The notes: a model not told the origin generated them from the letters alone. Shown: positions 1 through 8,594, numbered from the stretch's first letter. The stretch is 36,511 bases of DNA from an uncultured Candidatus Saccharibacteria bacterium (GCA_964598245.1 CAZRAX010000002.1:5124-41634); one strand, 5' to 3'. Numbers and translations: made by a program.

Positions 1-1
1 C

Positions 2-700
2 CTAAAGATAATAGTTATCCATTGCATAGTTTCCCTTTCCTACAATTTGCACAAACATTGCTTCATCCATATCGTCACGCTTGTCTAAATAATTATTAAT
101 TGCTAATTTTGCTTCATTTGATAAAAAAACTACTCTAATTTTTTCACCCTTACCGCGAATAGGGAATTCATCTTTGCTCAAATCAAGATCACGATTTAAA
201 GAACAAAGCTCTGAAACACGAAGTCCGGTTGAAAAAAGTAGTTCGAAAATAGCCCGATCACGTAGCCCTTTGGTTGTTGCTAAGTCTGGACCACTAATAA
301 TTCTATTTAATTCATCCATAGAAATTAAGTCAATTGAACGATCTGAAACTTTTGCTAATTCAATTTGATCAGGGGCAAGAGATTTATAGCCCTGTTTTAC
401 AAGATATTTTAGAAAAGTTCTAAGCGCGATTAAATAATAATTTTGGGTATTTTTCTTTAAAGTTCCATTTTTTTGACTAGTTCCTAAGGTTTTATTAGAT
501 TCCTGACGATTCAGCCAAAGACGAAACTGTTTAATACTACGATTTGTAATATCAGAAAGTTTTTTAATTTCTTGTTGTTTAAAAAAACGAGCAAGATAAC
601 GATCATAATTTTCAACTGTTTTAATACTACGACCTCTCTCAATTTCAATATATTCAAGAAAATCTTGTTTAAGTTCTTGGATTTCATTTTTATTTGTCAT
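2..700 (-). CDS. tyrosine recombinase, XerC/XerD-like (3' end runs off the window, so the C-terminal catalytic half is incomplete)
   Basis: The protein begins MTNKNEIQELKQDFLEYIEIERGRSIKTVENYDRYL, a phage-integrase SAM-like core-binding domain. It contains the first catalytic Arg box FSTGLRVSELCSL. There is no stop codon before position 2, so the HxxR and Tyr motifs lie outside the window. Confidence 0.8.
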   Translation of the reverse strand: MTNKNEIQELKQDFLEYIEIERGRSIKTVENYDRYLARFFKQQEIKKLSDITNRSIKQFRLWLNRQESNKTLGTSQKNGTLKKNTQNYYLIALRTFLKYLVKQGYKSLAPDQIELAKVSDRSIDLISMDELNRIISGPDLATTKGLRDRAIFELLFSTGLRVSELCSLNRDLDLSKDEFPIRGKGEKIRVVFLSNEAKLAINNYLDKRDDMDEAMFVQIVGKGNYAMDNYYL

Positions 701-708
701 TTACAATT

Positions 709-717
709 ATTATATCA
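709..717 (-). promoter_or_regulatory. extended -10 promoter element (TGaTATAAT on the minus strand), 8 nt upstream of the recombinase ATG
   Basis: The reverse complement of 701-720 reads atcTGaTATAATaattgtaa, followed directly by the ATG (complement of 698-700). Confidence 0.5.
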
Positions 718-740
718 GATATTGTGCGACACAATAATGT

Positions 741-770
741 TTGACAACACACTATGTTTATGATTATATT
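741..770 (+). promoter_or_regulatory. sigma70-like promoter candidate TTGACA-N18-TATATT for the 838-1332 gene
   Basis: ttgaca lies at 741-746 and tatatt at 765-770, separated by an 18-nt spacer. The element points toward the ORF that starts at 838. Confidence 0.4.
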
Positions 771-837
771 GCAAACAGAGTAATTCTGCTCATTTTCATT
801 CCAAATCAACAACACAAGGCTTGGGAGAGCCCGAATT

Positions 838-1332
838 ATGAATAGACAGAAGAGCACAATAAGTGAGCCTAGACTCAATATCTCAGTTCCATGGCGATCA
901 ATATGGTCTACCCTAGGATTAATTACACTATTCCTGTTTGGGTGGTTCCAGGCAGTGGGGTATTTGGTTCCTGGTTTCAAGGAAATATCCAGTTTTCAAG
1001 ATGAAACCGCAACAATCAACGATGCTGGTTTGATGTGGGTTCCTGTAATTAGCTACCTATTAATATCCACTGTCGTCTGTGTTGCAGTTAACATCTTCAA
1101 ACCACTGAAGAAGTTTGGGGATAAGGGCCTCATTGAAGGTCTAGTCAGAGGTCTCGCTGTGGGTTTTTCTGTGGGTTTTGCTGTGGGGTTTTTTGCGATT
1201 ATTGATGAAGGTCTCATCGAAGGTCTAGTCAGAGGTCTCGCTGTGGGTTTTTCTGTGGGTTTTTCTGTGAGTATCCTTTTTTATCTTATCGAGGGTCTCG
1301 CTAGAGAATTCATGAAAGAGAAGGGGGACTAA
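838..1332 (+). CDS. hypothetical small membrane protein with an internal 28-aa tandem repeat (Gly-zipper-like GLIEGLVRGLAVGFSVGF x2)
   Basis: The 164-aa ORF has hydrophobic segments (LGLITLFLFGWFQAVGYLV, VPVISYLLISTVVCVAVNIF). Its C-terminal half repeats GLIEGLVRGLAVGFSVGF exactly, followed by a third degenerate LIEGLAREF. It is visibly GC-richer than its neighbours and is followed by a strong terminator. Confidence 0.6.
   Translation: MNRQKSTISEPRLNISVPWRSIWSTLGLITLFLFGWFQAVGYLVPGFKEISSFQDETATINDAGLMWVPVISYLLISTVVCVAVNIFKPLKKFGDKGLIEGLVRGLAVGFSVGFAVGFFAIIDEGLIEGLVRGLAVGFSVGFSVSILFYLIEGLAREFMKEKGD
1126..1302 (+). repeat. 84-bp-period tandem duplication inside the 838-1332 CDS
   Basis: The 45-nt stretch gaaggtctagtcagaggtctcgctgtgggtttttctgtgggtttt at 1135-1179 is identical to 1219-1263. 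The unit starts (ggcctcattg / ggtctcatcg) are at 1126 and 1210. A third partial copy (gagggtctcgct) begins near 1291. Confidence 0.9.
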
Positions 1333-1340
1333 ATTCTTCC

Positions 1341-1379
1341 AAACCGCGCGTCACGCACAGTGATAGCGCGGTTTTTTTC
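1341..1379 (+). terminator. rho-independent terminator (possibly bidirectional: A-tract, GC stem, T-tract)
   Basis: aaaccgcgc (1341-1349) pairs with gcgcggttt (1366-1374) to give a 9-bp stem. The loop is 16 nt and is followed by a T-run through 1378. Confidence 0.8.
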
Positions 1380-1425
1380 TTACCTTTTCCTATTTTCTTG
1401 TTTGACTTGCAATTCTAAGAAAACA

Positions 1426-1434
1426 TGTTATATT
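1426..1434 (+). promoter_or_regulatory. extended -10 element TGtTATATT, 10 nt upstream of the rpsO ATG
   Basis: The sequence reads acaTGtTATATTagctctcatcATG. Confidence 0.45.
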
Positions 1435-1444
1435 AGCTCTCATC

Positions 1445-1708
1445 ATGTTAACAACAAGAAAAAAACAAACAGCCATCAAAAAGGCCCAAATACACAAAGA
1501 AGACACTGGATCAGCCGATGTGCAGATTTCTATTATTTCAAAACAAATTGATGAATTAGCTAAACATCTCAAAAAACACCCCAAAGATAACCATTCTAGG
1601 AGGGGATTACTGAAAATGGTTGCAGATCGACAAACTTTATTAAAATACTTGCTTAAAAAAGACCCCAAAAGACACAAATCATTAATCAAAAAACTACAAC
1701 TAAAATAA
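1445..1708 (+). CDS. rpsO: 30S ribosomal protein S15
   Basis: The 87-aa protein carries S15 hallmarks: HKEDTGSADVQISIISKQIDELAKHLKKHPKDNHSRRGLLKMVADRQTLLKYL. Confidence 0.95.
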   Translation: MLTTRKKQTAIKKAQIHKEDTGSADVQISIISKQIDELAKHLKKHPKDNHSRRGLLKMVADRQTLLKYLLKKDPKRHKSLIKKLQLK

Positions 1709-1715
1709 CAAACCT

Positions 1716-1738
1716 CCGAGCAATTAACTCGGTTTTTT
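1716..1738 (+). terminator. weak rho-independent terminator after rpsO
   Basis: ccgag (1716-1720) pairs with ctcgg (1728-1732) across a 7-nt loop, followed by TTTTTT (1733-1738). Confidence 0.55.
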
Positions 1739-1819
1739 GTTACAATTATCAGGTGCGTGAGTTTTTTAATAAGATAAAAATGGATTCTCGCTTACATTTA
1801 TTAATTTTAATACTTAAAT

Positions 1820-2350
1820 ATGTCAGTTATTAAACAAAAAGAACAAAGAGTTGCTATTTTTATAGATGCTCAAAATTTATATCACAGTGCAAAAAATCTT
1901 TATCAAAAAAAAGTTAATTTTGATTCTGTTCTAAAAGAAGGTTTAGCCGGGAGAAAGCTTATTAGAGCGATTGCTTATGTAATCACTTCTGAATCGGGAG
2001 AAGAAAAAAACTTTTTTGATGCTTTAGAAAAATTAGGAATCGAAACAAAAACCAAAGACTTGCAAGTTTTTTCTGGTGGTGCAAAAAAAGCAGACTGGGA
2101 TGTTGGATTAGCGATTGATGCCATTAAATCATCAAATAAAGTTGATGCTATTGTTATTGCCTCTGGTGATGGTGACTTTGTACCGCTGGTTGAATATCTT
2201 GAAAATACAGGATGCCAAGTTGAAGTTATTTCTTTTGGACGATCTTCATCTTCCAAACTAATTGAGGCAACCGATGACTTTACCGATATGGATGACGACA
2301 CATCAAAGTTTTTAATTGGTGTTTCTAAAATTTGGAGAAGAAAAAAATAA
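1820..2350 (+). CDS. NYN-domain protein (LabA/DUF88-like putative RNase)
   Basis: VAIFIDAQNLYHSAKNLY near the N-terminus and IVIASGDGDFVPLVEYL later match the acidic-residue pattern of NYN/LabA-like domains. Confidence 0.7.
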   Translation: MSVIKQKEQRVAIFIDAQNLYHSAKNLYQKKVNFDSVLKEGLAGRKLIRAIAYVITSESGEEKNFFDALEKLGIETKTKDLQVFSGGAKKADWDVGLAIDAIKSSNKVDAIVIASGDGDFVPLVEYLENTGCQVEVISFGRSSSSKLIEATDDFTDMDDDTSKFLIGVSKIWRRKK

Positions 2351-2354
2351 TTAG

Positions 2355-2360
2355 TAAAAT
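2355..2360 (+). promoter_or_regulatory. -10 hexamer TAAAAT, 7 nt upstream of the 2368 ATG (no TG extension)
   Basis: The sequence reads ttagTAAAATaaagtagATG. Confidence 0.3.
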
Positions 2361-2367
2361 AAAGTAG

Positions 2368-3372
2368 ATGGAAGAAGAAAATCCAAAAAAGAAACCATTG
2401 GTTAGACCAATTAGAACATACAAAGATGATGTTGCTAATTTAGTTAAAAATCAAAAGGTTTCTACCGCAAAAATTGTTTTAGCAGAACAACAAAAAAGAC
2501 AAGCCAGCGGAGAATACCAAGATTCAGAAGAAGAAAAAGAAAAAAGTCCTGTACCAAAAATAATTATTTCTTTTTTATTAATTATTCTAGGTTTTGGTGC
2601 ATTATTTTTTGCTTTTCAATATAATCTATTACCAGAAAAAGTTTCTGAGAGGATTAAAAAAATGGTTAACCAAAATGAAGAAACTAAATTGTTAAGGGAA
2701 GAATCAACTACAAAAATTTATATAGGAATTAAAAATGCTTCTGAAATAAGAAATGAATTGATAGAAACCATAAAAAAAACTGATACTTCAAAATTAAATG
2801 GAATAACAAAAATAGAAATTTTGAAAAGAGAAAAAATGGAAGACGGGCAGGAAGTTGAAACTGAAATAGAAACTCAAAATTTCTTTAATATTCTAAGCTC
2901 GAGAACACCAAATCGTTTAATTCGATCTTTAAACAGTCAATTCTTTTTAGGAGTTTACCATGATTCTAATCCTTCTCCATTTTTGATTTTCCAAACTGAT
3001 GAATTAGACTTAACATTTTCTCAAACATTTACTTGGGAAGAAACAATGTATTTTGATTTACAAGAAGTCTTGGATCTCCGAAAAAATCAACAAGAAATAT
3101 TTATAGAAACAAGCACCTCTACTGAAGATATTATTAGTTCAACTTCTTCAACTTCAACCCCAGATATTACTGAGGTAACACCATCTTTTGAGACAAATAA
3201 CTTTGTTGATTTGGTTATTTTAAATAAAGATGTTAGAGCAATTGTTGATGACCAAGGAGAAATTGTTTTGATGTACAGTTTTATTGATAATAAAAATCTT
3301 TTAATTGTTAAAAATAAAAAAATCTTCTCTGAAATAATTAATAGAATATCTAATCAAACACTTCTAAGGTAA
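2368..3372 (+). CDS. hypothetical single-pass membrane protein
   Basis: The 334-aa ORF has a charged N-terminus and one hydrophobic helix (IIISFLLIILGFGALFFAF). The extracytoplasmic region includes an S/T-rich patch (TSTSTEDIISSTSSTSTPD). I recognise no family. Confidence 0.6.
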   Translation: MEEENPKKKPLVRPIRTYKDDVANLVKNQKVSTAKIVLAEQQKRQASGEYQDSEEEKEKSPVPKIIISFLLIILGFGALFFAFQYNLLPEKVSERIKKMVNQNEETKLLREESTTKIYIGIKNASEIRNELIETIKKTDTSKLNGITKIEILKREKMEDGQEVETEIETQNFFNILSSRTPNRLIRSLNSQFFLGVYHDSNPSPFLIFQTDELDLTFSQTFTWEETMYFDLQEVLDLRKNQQEIFIETSTSTEDIISSTSSTSTPDITEVTPSFETNNFVDLVILNKDVRAIVDDQGEIVLMYSFIDNKNLLIVKNKKIFSEIINRISNQTLLR

Positions 3373-3380
3373 GGAAATTA

Positions 3381-3389
3381 TGATAAAAT
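3381..3389 (+). promoter_or_regulatory. extended -10 element TGaTAAAAT, 6 nt upstream of the 3396 ATG
   Basis: The sequence reads ttaTGaTAAAATactaatATG. Confidence 0.5.
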
Positions 3390-3395
3390 ACTAAT

Positions 3396-3764
3396 ATGAA
3401 AAATGAGAATATAGACATAAATTATTTTAAAGAAAAACTTGAAAAAGAAGAAGAAAGAGTGCTTTCCGAACTAAAAACTATCGGCAGAATTAACCCCGAC
3501 AACCCACAAGATTGGGAGGCAACTCCTGGCGAAAAAGATGACGGAACAGCAGATCCAAATGATTTTGCTGATAGTATTGAAGAGTACGAAGAAAACACAG
3601 CTATTTTAAAGCAACTAGAAATTGAATTAAATAATATCAAAAAAGCTCTAAAAAAAATTGAGGATGGGTCATATGGTATTTGTGAAGTTTCTGGTGAACC
3701 AATTGAAAAAGAGAGGCTAGAGGCTAATCCTTCTGCAAAAACTTGTTTAAAATATACCCAATAA
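3396..3764 (+). CDS. DksA/TraR-family (YteA-like) protein with a degenerate C4 zinc finger
   Basis: A coiled-coil N-terminal part is followed by ALKKIEDGSYGICEVSGEPIEKERLEANPSAKTCLKY. This is the family signature, but with CxxS...xxxC in place of CxxC...CxxC. Confidence 0.7.
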   Translation: MKNENIDINYFKEKLEKEEERVLSELKTIGRINPDNPQDWEATPGEKDDGTADPNDFADSIEEYEENTAILKQLEIELNNIKKALKKIEDGSYGICEVSGEPIEKERLEANPSAKTCLKYTQ

Positions 3765-3792
3765 ATTTAAAAAACTTTATTAAAAATTTAGG

Positions 3793-3823
3793 TCACTCTG
3801 TTATAAAAACAGGGTGATTTTTT
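3793..3823 (+). terminator. rho-independent terminator after the DksA-like gene; its 3' arm contains the comM GTG start
   Basis: tcactctgtt (3793-3802) pairs with aacagggtga (3808-3817) to give 10 bp including one G-U. The loop is 5 nt (ataaa) and is followed by TTTTTT (3818-3823). Confidence 0.7.
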
Positions 3824-5313
3824 CTAAAATTTACAGTGCCCAAGCAAATTTATTAAAAGCTGAAAAAATAGATGTGGAGGTTGATATCTCAAATGGTCTC
3901 CATGCTTTTTCAATTATTGGCTTGCCTGATAAATCTATTGAGGAATCAAAGGATCGAGTATCTTCTTCAATCAAAAATTCAGGTTTTATTTCACCAAAAC
4001 AAAAAAACCAAAAGATTATTATTGCTCTTTCTCCTGCACATATTAAAAAAACGGGGAGTGTTTTTGATCTAGCTATGGCATTAGCTTATTTAAAATCATC
4101 TCAACAAATAAAATTTAATTCTGAAAATAAAATGTTCGTTGGTGAATTATCATTAGACGGAAAAATCAAGCCAATTCGTGGAATTATCCAAATTGTATTA
4201 TTGGCAAGAAAAATTGGAATTAAAGAAATTTATATTCCAAACCAAAATTGTAGAGAAGCCCAAATTGTTAACAAAATAAAAATTTATGGAGTTAAAAATT
4301 TAAAAGAAATTATTGAGCATCTAACCCAAAAGAAAGGGGTGCCCGCAATTATCCCACAATTTCCGATTAAAAAAGAAAAGCCAAAAAATTTTATTTTTAA
4401 TAAAATAAGGGGGAATGAATCAGCAAAACAAAGCTTACTAATTGCAGCCTGTGGCGGTCATAATATTTGTCTTTATGGACCACCCGGAACTGGTAAAACA
4501 ATGTTATCAAAATCTTTTGCAGAAATTCTTCCACCTCTAAACTATCAACAAATCTTGGAAACCTCTTCTATACATTCAATTTACAATAATCAACAAAAAT
4601 TAATTACCAGACCACCATTTAGAAGTCCACACCATACGGCTTCTTATTCTGCTATTGTTGGTGGCGGGAAAACCATTAGGCCCGGGGAAATAACACTGGC
4701 ACATAATGGTGTGTTTTTTATGGATGAGTTCCCAGAATTTAATAGGAGAGTTATAGATTCCCTAAGACAACCAATCGAAGAAAGAGAAATTACCATTAGT
4801 CGAGCAGAGGGAGAATTTAAATATCCTTGTAATTTTATTTTGATTATTGCTCTTAATCCTTGTCCTTGTGGTTTTAAAAATAGCAAAATTAAAAAATGTC
4901 AGTGCTCTGTTAGGGAAATTGAAAACTATAAAAGAAAAATTAGTGGTCCAATCGCTGATAGAATTGATATTTTCACAGAAGTTTCTGAAATAAATTATGA
5001 AAAATTATTAAATAAATCTCCTGAAAAAGAGGAGGACTTGATGGAAAAAATTAAAAATATTAGAAAAAAACAAATTAGCCGACAAGGGAAATTAAATGTT
5101 TTTTTAGACAACAATGATTTAGAAAAAAATATTGATAAACTTGAAACAAAAACTGAATTTAATAAAATTGCTCAAAAACTAAACCTTTCCGTTCGGGTTT
5201 ACTATAAAATTCTAAAGGTTGCTAGAACAATCGCAGACATTTCTGGATCAGAAAAAATAAAAATACCTCACATTTTAGAGGCACTTCAACAAAGAAATAA
5301 ATTAGAATATTAA
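3814..5313 (+). CDS. comM: YifB/ComM-family Mg-chelatase-like AAA+ ATPase (competence-associated helicase family)
   Basis: The N-terminal Lon-like domain (KIDVEVDISNGLHAFSIIGLPDKSIEESKDRV) is followed by Walker A LYGPPGTGKTM and Walker B GVFFMDEF, then the Cys cluster NPCPCGF...KCQC. The only plausible start is GTG at 3814. Confidence 0.9.
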   Translation: MIFSKIYSAQANLLKAEKIDVEVDISNGLHAFSIIGLPDKSIEESKDRVSSSIKNSGFISPKQKNQKIIIALSPAHIKKTGSVFDLAMALAYLKSSQQIKFNSENKMFVGELSLDGKIKPIRGIIQIVLLARKIGIKEIYIPNQNCREAQIVNKIKIYGVKNLKEIIEHLTQKKGVPAIIPQFPIKKEKPKNFIFNKIRGNESAKQSLLIAACGGHNICLYGPPGTGKTMLSKSFAEILPPLNYQQILETSSIHSIYNNQQKLITRPPFRSPHHTASYSAIVGGGKTIRPGEITLAHNGVFFMDEFPEFNRRVIDSLRQPIEEREITISRAEGEFKYPCNFILIIALNPCPCGFKNSKIKKCQCSVREIENYKRKISGPIADRIDIFTEVSEINYEKLLNKSPEKEEDLMEKIKNIRKKQISRQGKLNVFLDNNDLEKNIDKLETKTEFNKIAQKLNLSVRVYYKILKVARTIADISGSEKIKIPHILEALQQRNKLEY

Positions 5314-5314
5314 A

Positions 5315-6382
5315 TTAATCTATATAACAACGACTACCAACTGAACAGGCTCCCAAAGGGTTTGTTGCTCCACGAACTTCAAAATGAAGATGATTACCTG
5401 TTGATCTACCAGTTGAACCAACATAACCAATTACCTCGCCCGCTTCAACAACTTGCCCAACATAAACATTATTACTACTTTGATGTGAGTAAAGAGTTTG
5501 TGTTCCATTTGCATGTGAAATAACAATATAAGAACCATACCCACCATTCCAACCACCCTGTTTGTTAGTAATGACTTTACCTGTTGCCGCTGCATAAATT
5601 GGGGTTCCATAAGGAGCACCAACATCAATAGCATTATAGCCATGATAACCCTGAGTAATAATGCCCCCAGGAATAGGGTTTTTATAATAACCTCCTGAAA
5701 CTGATGAAGATGGAGCTGAAGCATATTTTACCTCATCAAATTCTTGTTTGTGATCGTGATCTTTTTCAAAATTAGGATCAACATAGGGAACAATAATTTC
5801 ATCTCCTGGTTCTAATTGAACATCCTTGTCTAAACCATTGAATAGAGCAATTTCATTAACATCTGCATCATATATTTCAGCAACATCAGAAATTGAACCA
5901 CCATATTTAATAGTATGAGTAACTCCTGTGACAGGAAGAATAACTAATTTTTGACCTGGTTGAATAGCACCAGAAAAATCATTAGCCCACCGAATTGTAT
6001 TAACTGATACATTAAACATTTCTGCAATTTGAGATAATGTATCTCCTTCTCTTACTTCATAAACTGAAATTTTACCATTTGTTGGTTTTTTGATAACAAC
6101 ACCTTCACTTAAAATTGAATTAGTTGGAACTAAAACAGAATTCTCGGCAATTTCAATATTACCACCACCCAAAGCAATATCAGAAAAATCTGTTTTTTCT
6201 AAAATATCAACATTTTGAGAGTTAGTTGATGTTAAATTACTTTGATAAGTAACGGTTTTACCAGAAAAAGCCGACACAGCCCCTGCAAAAGCAACAATTG
6301 GGACAATAATGATATAAGAGAAAATAGCCATTTTTTGAAAAAAATGACTTTTAAAAAAATCTATTGTTTTATTCTCTCCCAA
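5315..6382 (-). CDS. LysM-domain M23 family peptidoglycan metalloendopeptidase
   Basis: There are two LysM repeats (YEVREGDTLSQIAEMFNVSVNTIRWAN and HTIKYGGSISDVAEIYDADVNEIALFN). The M23 motifs are HGYNAIDVGAPYGTPIYAAATGKV and GNHLHFEV. The start is uncertain: the track start is TTG at 6382, and an internal Met (MAIFSY...) is also possible. Confidence 0.9.
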   Translation of the reverse strand: MGENKTIDFFKSHFFQKMAIFSYIIIVPIVAFAGAVSAFSGKTVTYQSNLTSTNSQNVDILEKTDFSDIALGGGNIEIAENSVLVPTNSILSEGVVIKKPTNGKISVYEVREGDTLSQIAEMFNVSVNTIRWANDFSGAIQPGQKLVILPVTGVTHTIKYGGSISDVAEIYDADVNEIALFNGLDKDVQLEPGDEIIVPYVDPNFEKDHDHKQEFDEVKYASAPSSSVSGGYYKNPIPGGIITQGYHGYNAIDVGAPYGTPIYAAATGKVITNKQGGWNGGYGSYIVISHANGTQTLYSHQSSNNVYVGQVVEAGEVIGYVGSTGRSTGNHLHFEVRGATNPLGACSVGSRCYID

Positions 6383-6636
6383 GCCCTTTCCATTACTGGA
6401 GAGAGGATCTTTTTTATTTGAAAAAAGTATAATAAGCCTTTTTTATAGCGGTATTTCTGAATTCTGAATATGATCTTGTGGATCGCCCTCTTTAACTATT
6501 TCTTAGAGATATTAATAGTATAAACAGCCTGAAAACAAAAGCAAGGGGTTATGCACATAAGCAATTTTAAACATTTTTTGTCAAATTTATGAATTTTGGC
6601 CAATAAAAAACCAATGATATTTAATTAATCTAAATA

Positions 6637-6645
6637 TGATAAAAT
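6637..6645 (+). promoter_or_regulatory. extended -10 element TGaTAAAAT, 11 nt upstream of the helicase ATG
   Basis: The sequence reads ataTGaTAAAATaactattcaaaATG. Confidence 0.45.
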
Positions 6646-6656
6646 AACTATTCAAA

Positions 6657-8594
6657 ATGTCTTATTTAAATGAATTAAATCAATATCAAAAGAAAGCAGT
6701 CGAAGAAATCAGTGGCCCAGTCATCATCCTTGCCGGAGCTGGTTCAGGAAAAACAAGAACTATCACTTATAGAATTGCTCATTTAATTAACAAAGGAGTC
6801 CAACCAGAAAAAGTTTTAGCCGTTACCTTTACCAACAAAGCAGCTAACGAAATGAGAGAGAGGGTGAACCATCTACTGATTAATAATCAAAACTTTAATC
6901 AGCCAGTTGAAATTTCTAGTAGGCCAATGATTAAAACTTTTCATTCTTTGGGTGTTTATATTTTGAGACAATTTTATAGAGAAATTAATTTACCCAAAAA
7001 CTTTTCTATTTTAGATCGAGCTGATTCTAAAAAAATTATTAGAGATTGTCTAAAAAATGAGGGTTACGATCCAAAAGAGCATGATCCTACAAAAATTTTA
7101 GCGACAATTTCTAGAGCCAAAGGAGATATGTTTGGTCCAGAAGAATATTTAGAACAAGAATCAAACCCTTATCGAGCAGAAATGATTTCTCGGGTGTGGA
7201 AACTTTATGATAAAAAAGTTCGAGAAAATAAATCTTTAGATTTTGATGATCTTTTAGTTGAAACTGTTAAATTGCTTCAAAATAAAAAAAATATTCGGGA
7301 ATATCTTCAAAAAAAATGGCAATATATTCATATTGACGAATACCAAGACACTAATGAAGTTCAATATTTGATAACAAAAATTCTAGCAGAAAATCACCAA
7401 AATATTTGTGTCGTTGGTGATGTTGATCAAAATATTTATTCTTGGCGGGGTGCAACTATTAAAAATATTATGAATTTTGAAGCAGATTATCGGGATGTCA
7501 AAGAAATTATTTTAGAAGAAAATTATCGTTCAACCGCTAATATTTTAGATGCTGCAAATGATATCATTAAAAAAAATACTGTTAGAAAAGAAAAAAATCT
7601 TTTTACTAAAAATCCAGAGGGAGAAAAAATAACAATTTACCAAGCACTGGATGAATATGATGAAGCAACTTATGCAGTTAATAAAGCAAGAGAATTAATC
7701 AAGCAAGGAGTATCTTCAAAAGAAATCGCTTTTTTGTATAGAGCCAATTATCAATCACGAGTTCTCGAAGAAGTTGCTTTGCAAAATAAATTACCACACC
7801 AAGTTCTGGGGACTCGTTTTTTTGACCGAAAAGAAATTAAAGATGTAATCGGCTATATTAAAGTCGCACTAAATCAAGATGACTTTACTAGTCTTAATAG
7901 AATTATTAATACACCGACCAGAGGAATAGGGAAAGTTACTATTTTAAAAATCTTTGAAAAACGCGAGGGGGAATTAAACACCGGAACAAAAGCCAAGGTT
8001 GATAATTTTAGATTATTGCTCAATAAAATCAAAAACGAAATTATAAACCAAAAACCCAGTCAGGTTATTCAATTTATTGTTAAAGAAGCTGGTTTTGAGA
8101 AAAATTTACAAAACGAAGGGGAAGATGGCTTAGAAAGACTTCAAAACATGAAGGAGCTTGCTTCTTTGGCAAAAAAATATGACCAACTCGAAGAAGGAAT
8201 TGAAAAGTTTTTAGAGGACGTTGCTTTGGCATCTGATCAGGACGAATTAGAAAAAGATAACGGGGGAGTAAAATTAATGACGGTCCATGCCGCCAAAGGT
8301 TTAGAGTTTGATTATGTTTTTATTACAGGACTTGAACAAGGACTTTTCCCAATGCAAAGAGATAGTGTAGAAAAAGAAGATCAAGAAGAAGAACGCAGAT
8401 TATTTTATGTTGCAGTAACTCGAGCTAGAAAAAAATTATTTTTACTTTGGGCGAATTTTAGAACAATTTTTGGTTCAAAAGAAGTTAATATGGCATCAGA
8501 ATTTATTGATGATATTAATCCTGAAATTATTGATGAAGAAAATCTAGGAGGACCAAAAGATGGAAACAAAATTGAGTATTTGATTGATTTTTAA
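6657..8594 (+). CDS. pcrA: ATP-dependent DNA helicase, UvrD/PcrA family (SF1)
   Basis: SF1 motifs are present: LNELNQYQKKAV, Walker A AGAGSGKT, motif II IHIDEYQDTN, ENYRS, VKLMTVHAAKGLEFDYVF and RRLFYVAVTRARKKL. Confidence 0.9.
   Translation: MSYLNELNQYQKKAVEEISGPVIILAGAGSGKTRTITYRIAHLINKGVQPEKVLAVTFTNKAANEMRERVNHLLINNQNFNQPVEISSRPMIKTFHSLGVYILRQFYREINLPKNFSILDRADSKKIIRDCLKNEGYDPKEHDPTKILATISRAKGDMFGPEEYLEQESNPYRAEMISRVWKLYDKKVRENKSLDFDDLLVETVKLLQNKKNIREYLQKKWQYIHIDEYQDTNEVQYLITKILAENHQNICVVGDVDQNIYSWRGATIKNIMNFEADYRDVKEIILEENYRSTANILDAANDIIKKNTVRKEKNLFTKNPEGEKITIYQALDEYDEATYAVNKARELIKQGVSSKEIAFLYRANYQSRVLEEVALQNKLPHQVLGTRFFDRKEIKDVIGYIKVALNQDDFTSLNRIINTPTRGIGKVTILKIFEKREGELNTGTKAKVDNFRLLLNKIKNEIINQKPSQVIQFIVKEAGFEKNLQNEGEDGLERLQNMKELASLAKKYDQLEEGIEKFLEDVALASDQDELEKDNGGVKLMTVHAAKGLEFDYVFITGLEQGLFPMQRDSVEKEDQEEERRLFYVAVTRARKKLFLLWANFRTIFGSKEVNMASEFIDDINPEIIDEENLGGPKDGNKIEYLIDF

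Noticed and set aside
174-980. Track ORFs 174-368 (+), 572-763 (+) and 690-980 (-)
   Set aside because: They overlap the well-supported recombinase gene or the 838-1332 gene on the opposite strand or in another frame. They have low-complexity composition and no recognisable motifs.
1360-1689. Track ORFs 1360-1551 (+) and 1390-1689 (-) overlapping rpsO
   Set aside because: The S15 reading frame is unambiguous, so these are alternative-frame or antisense artefacts.
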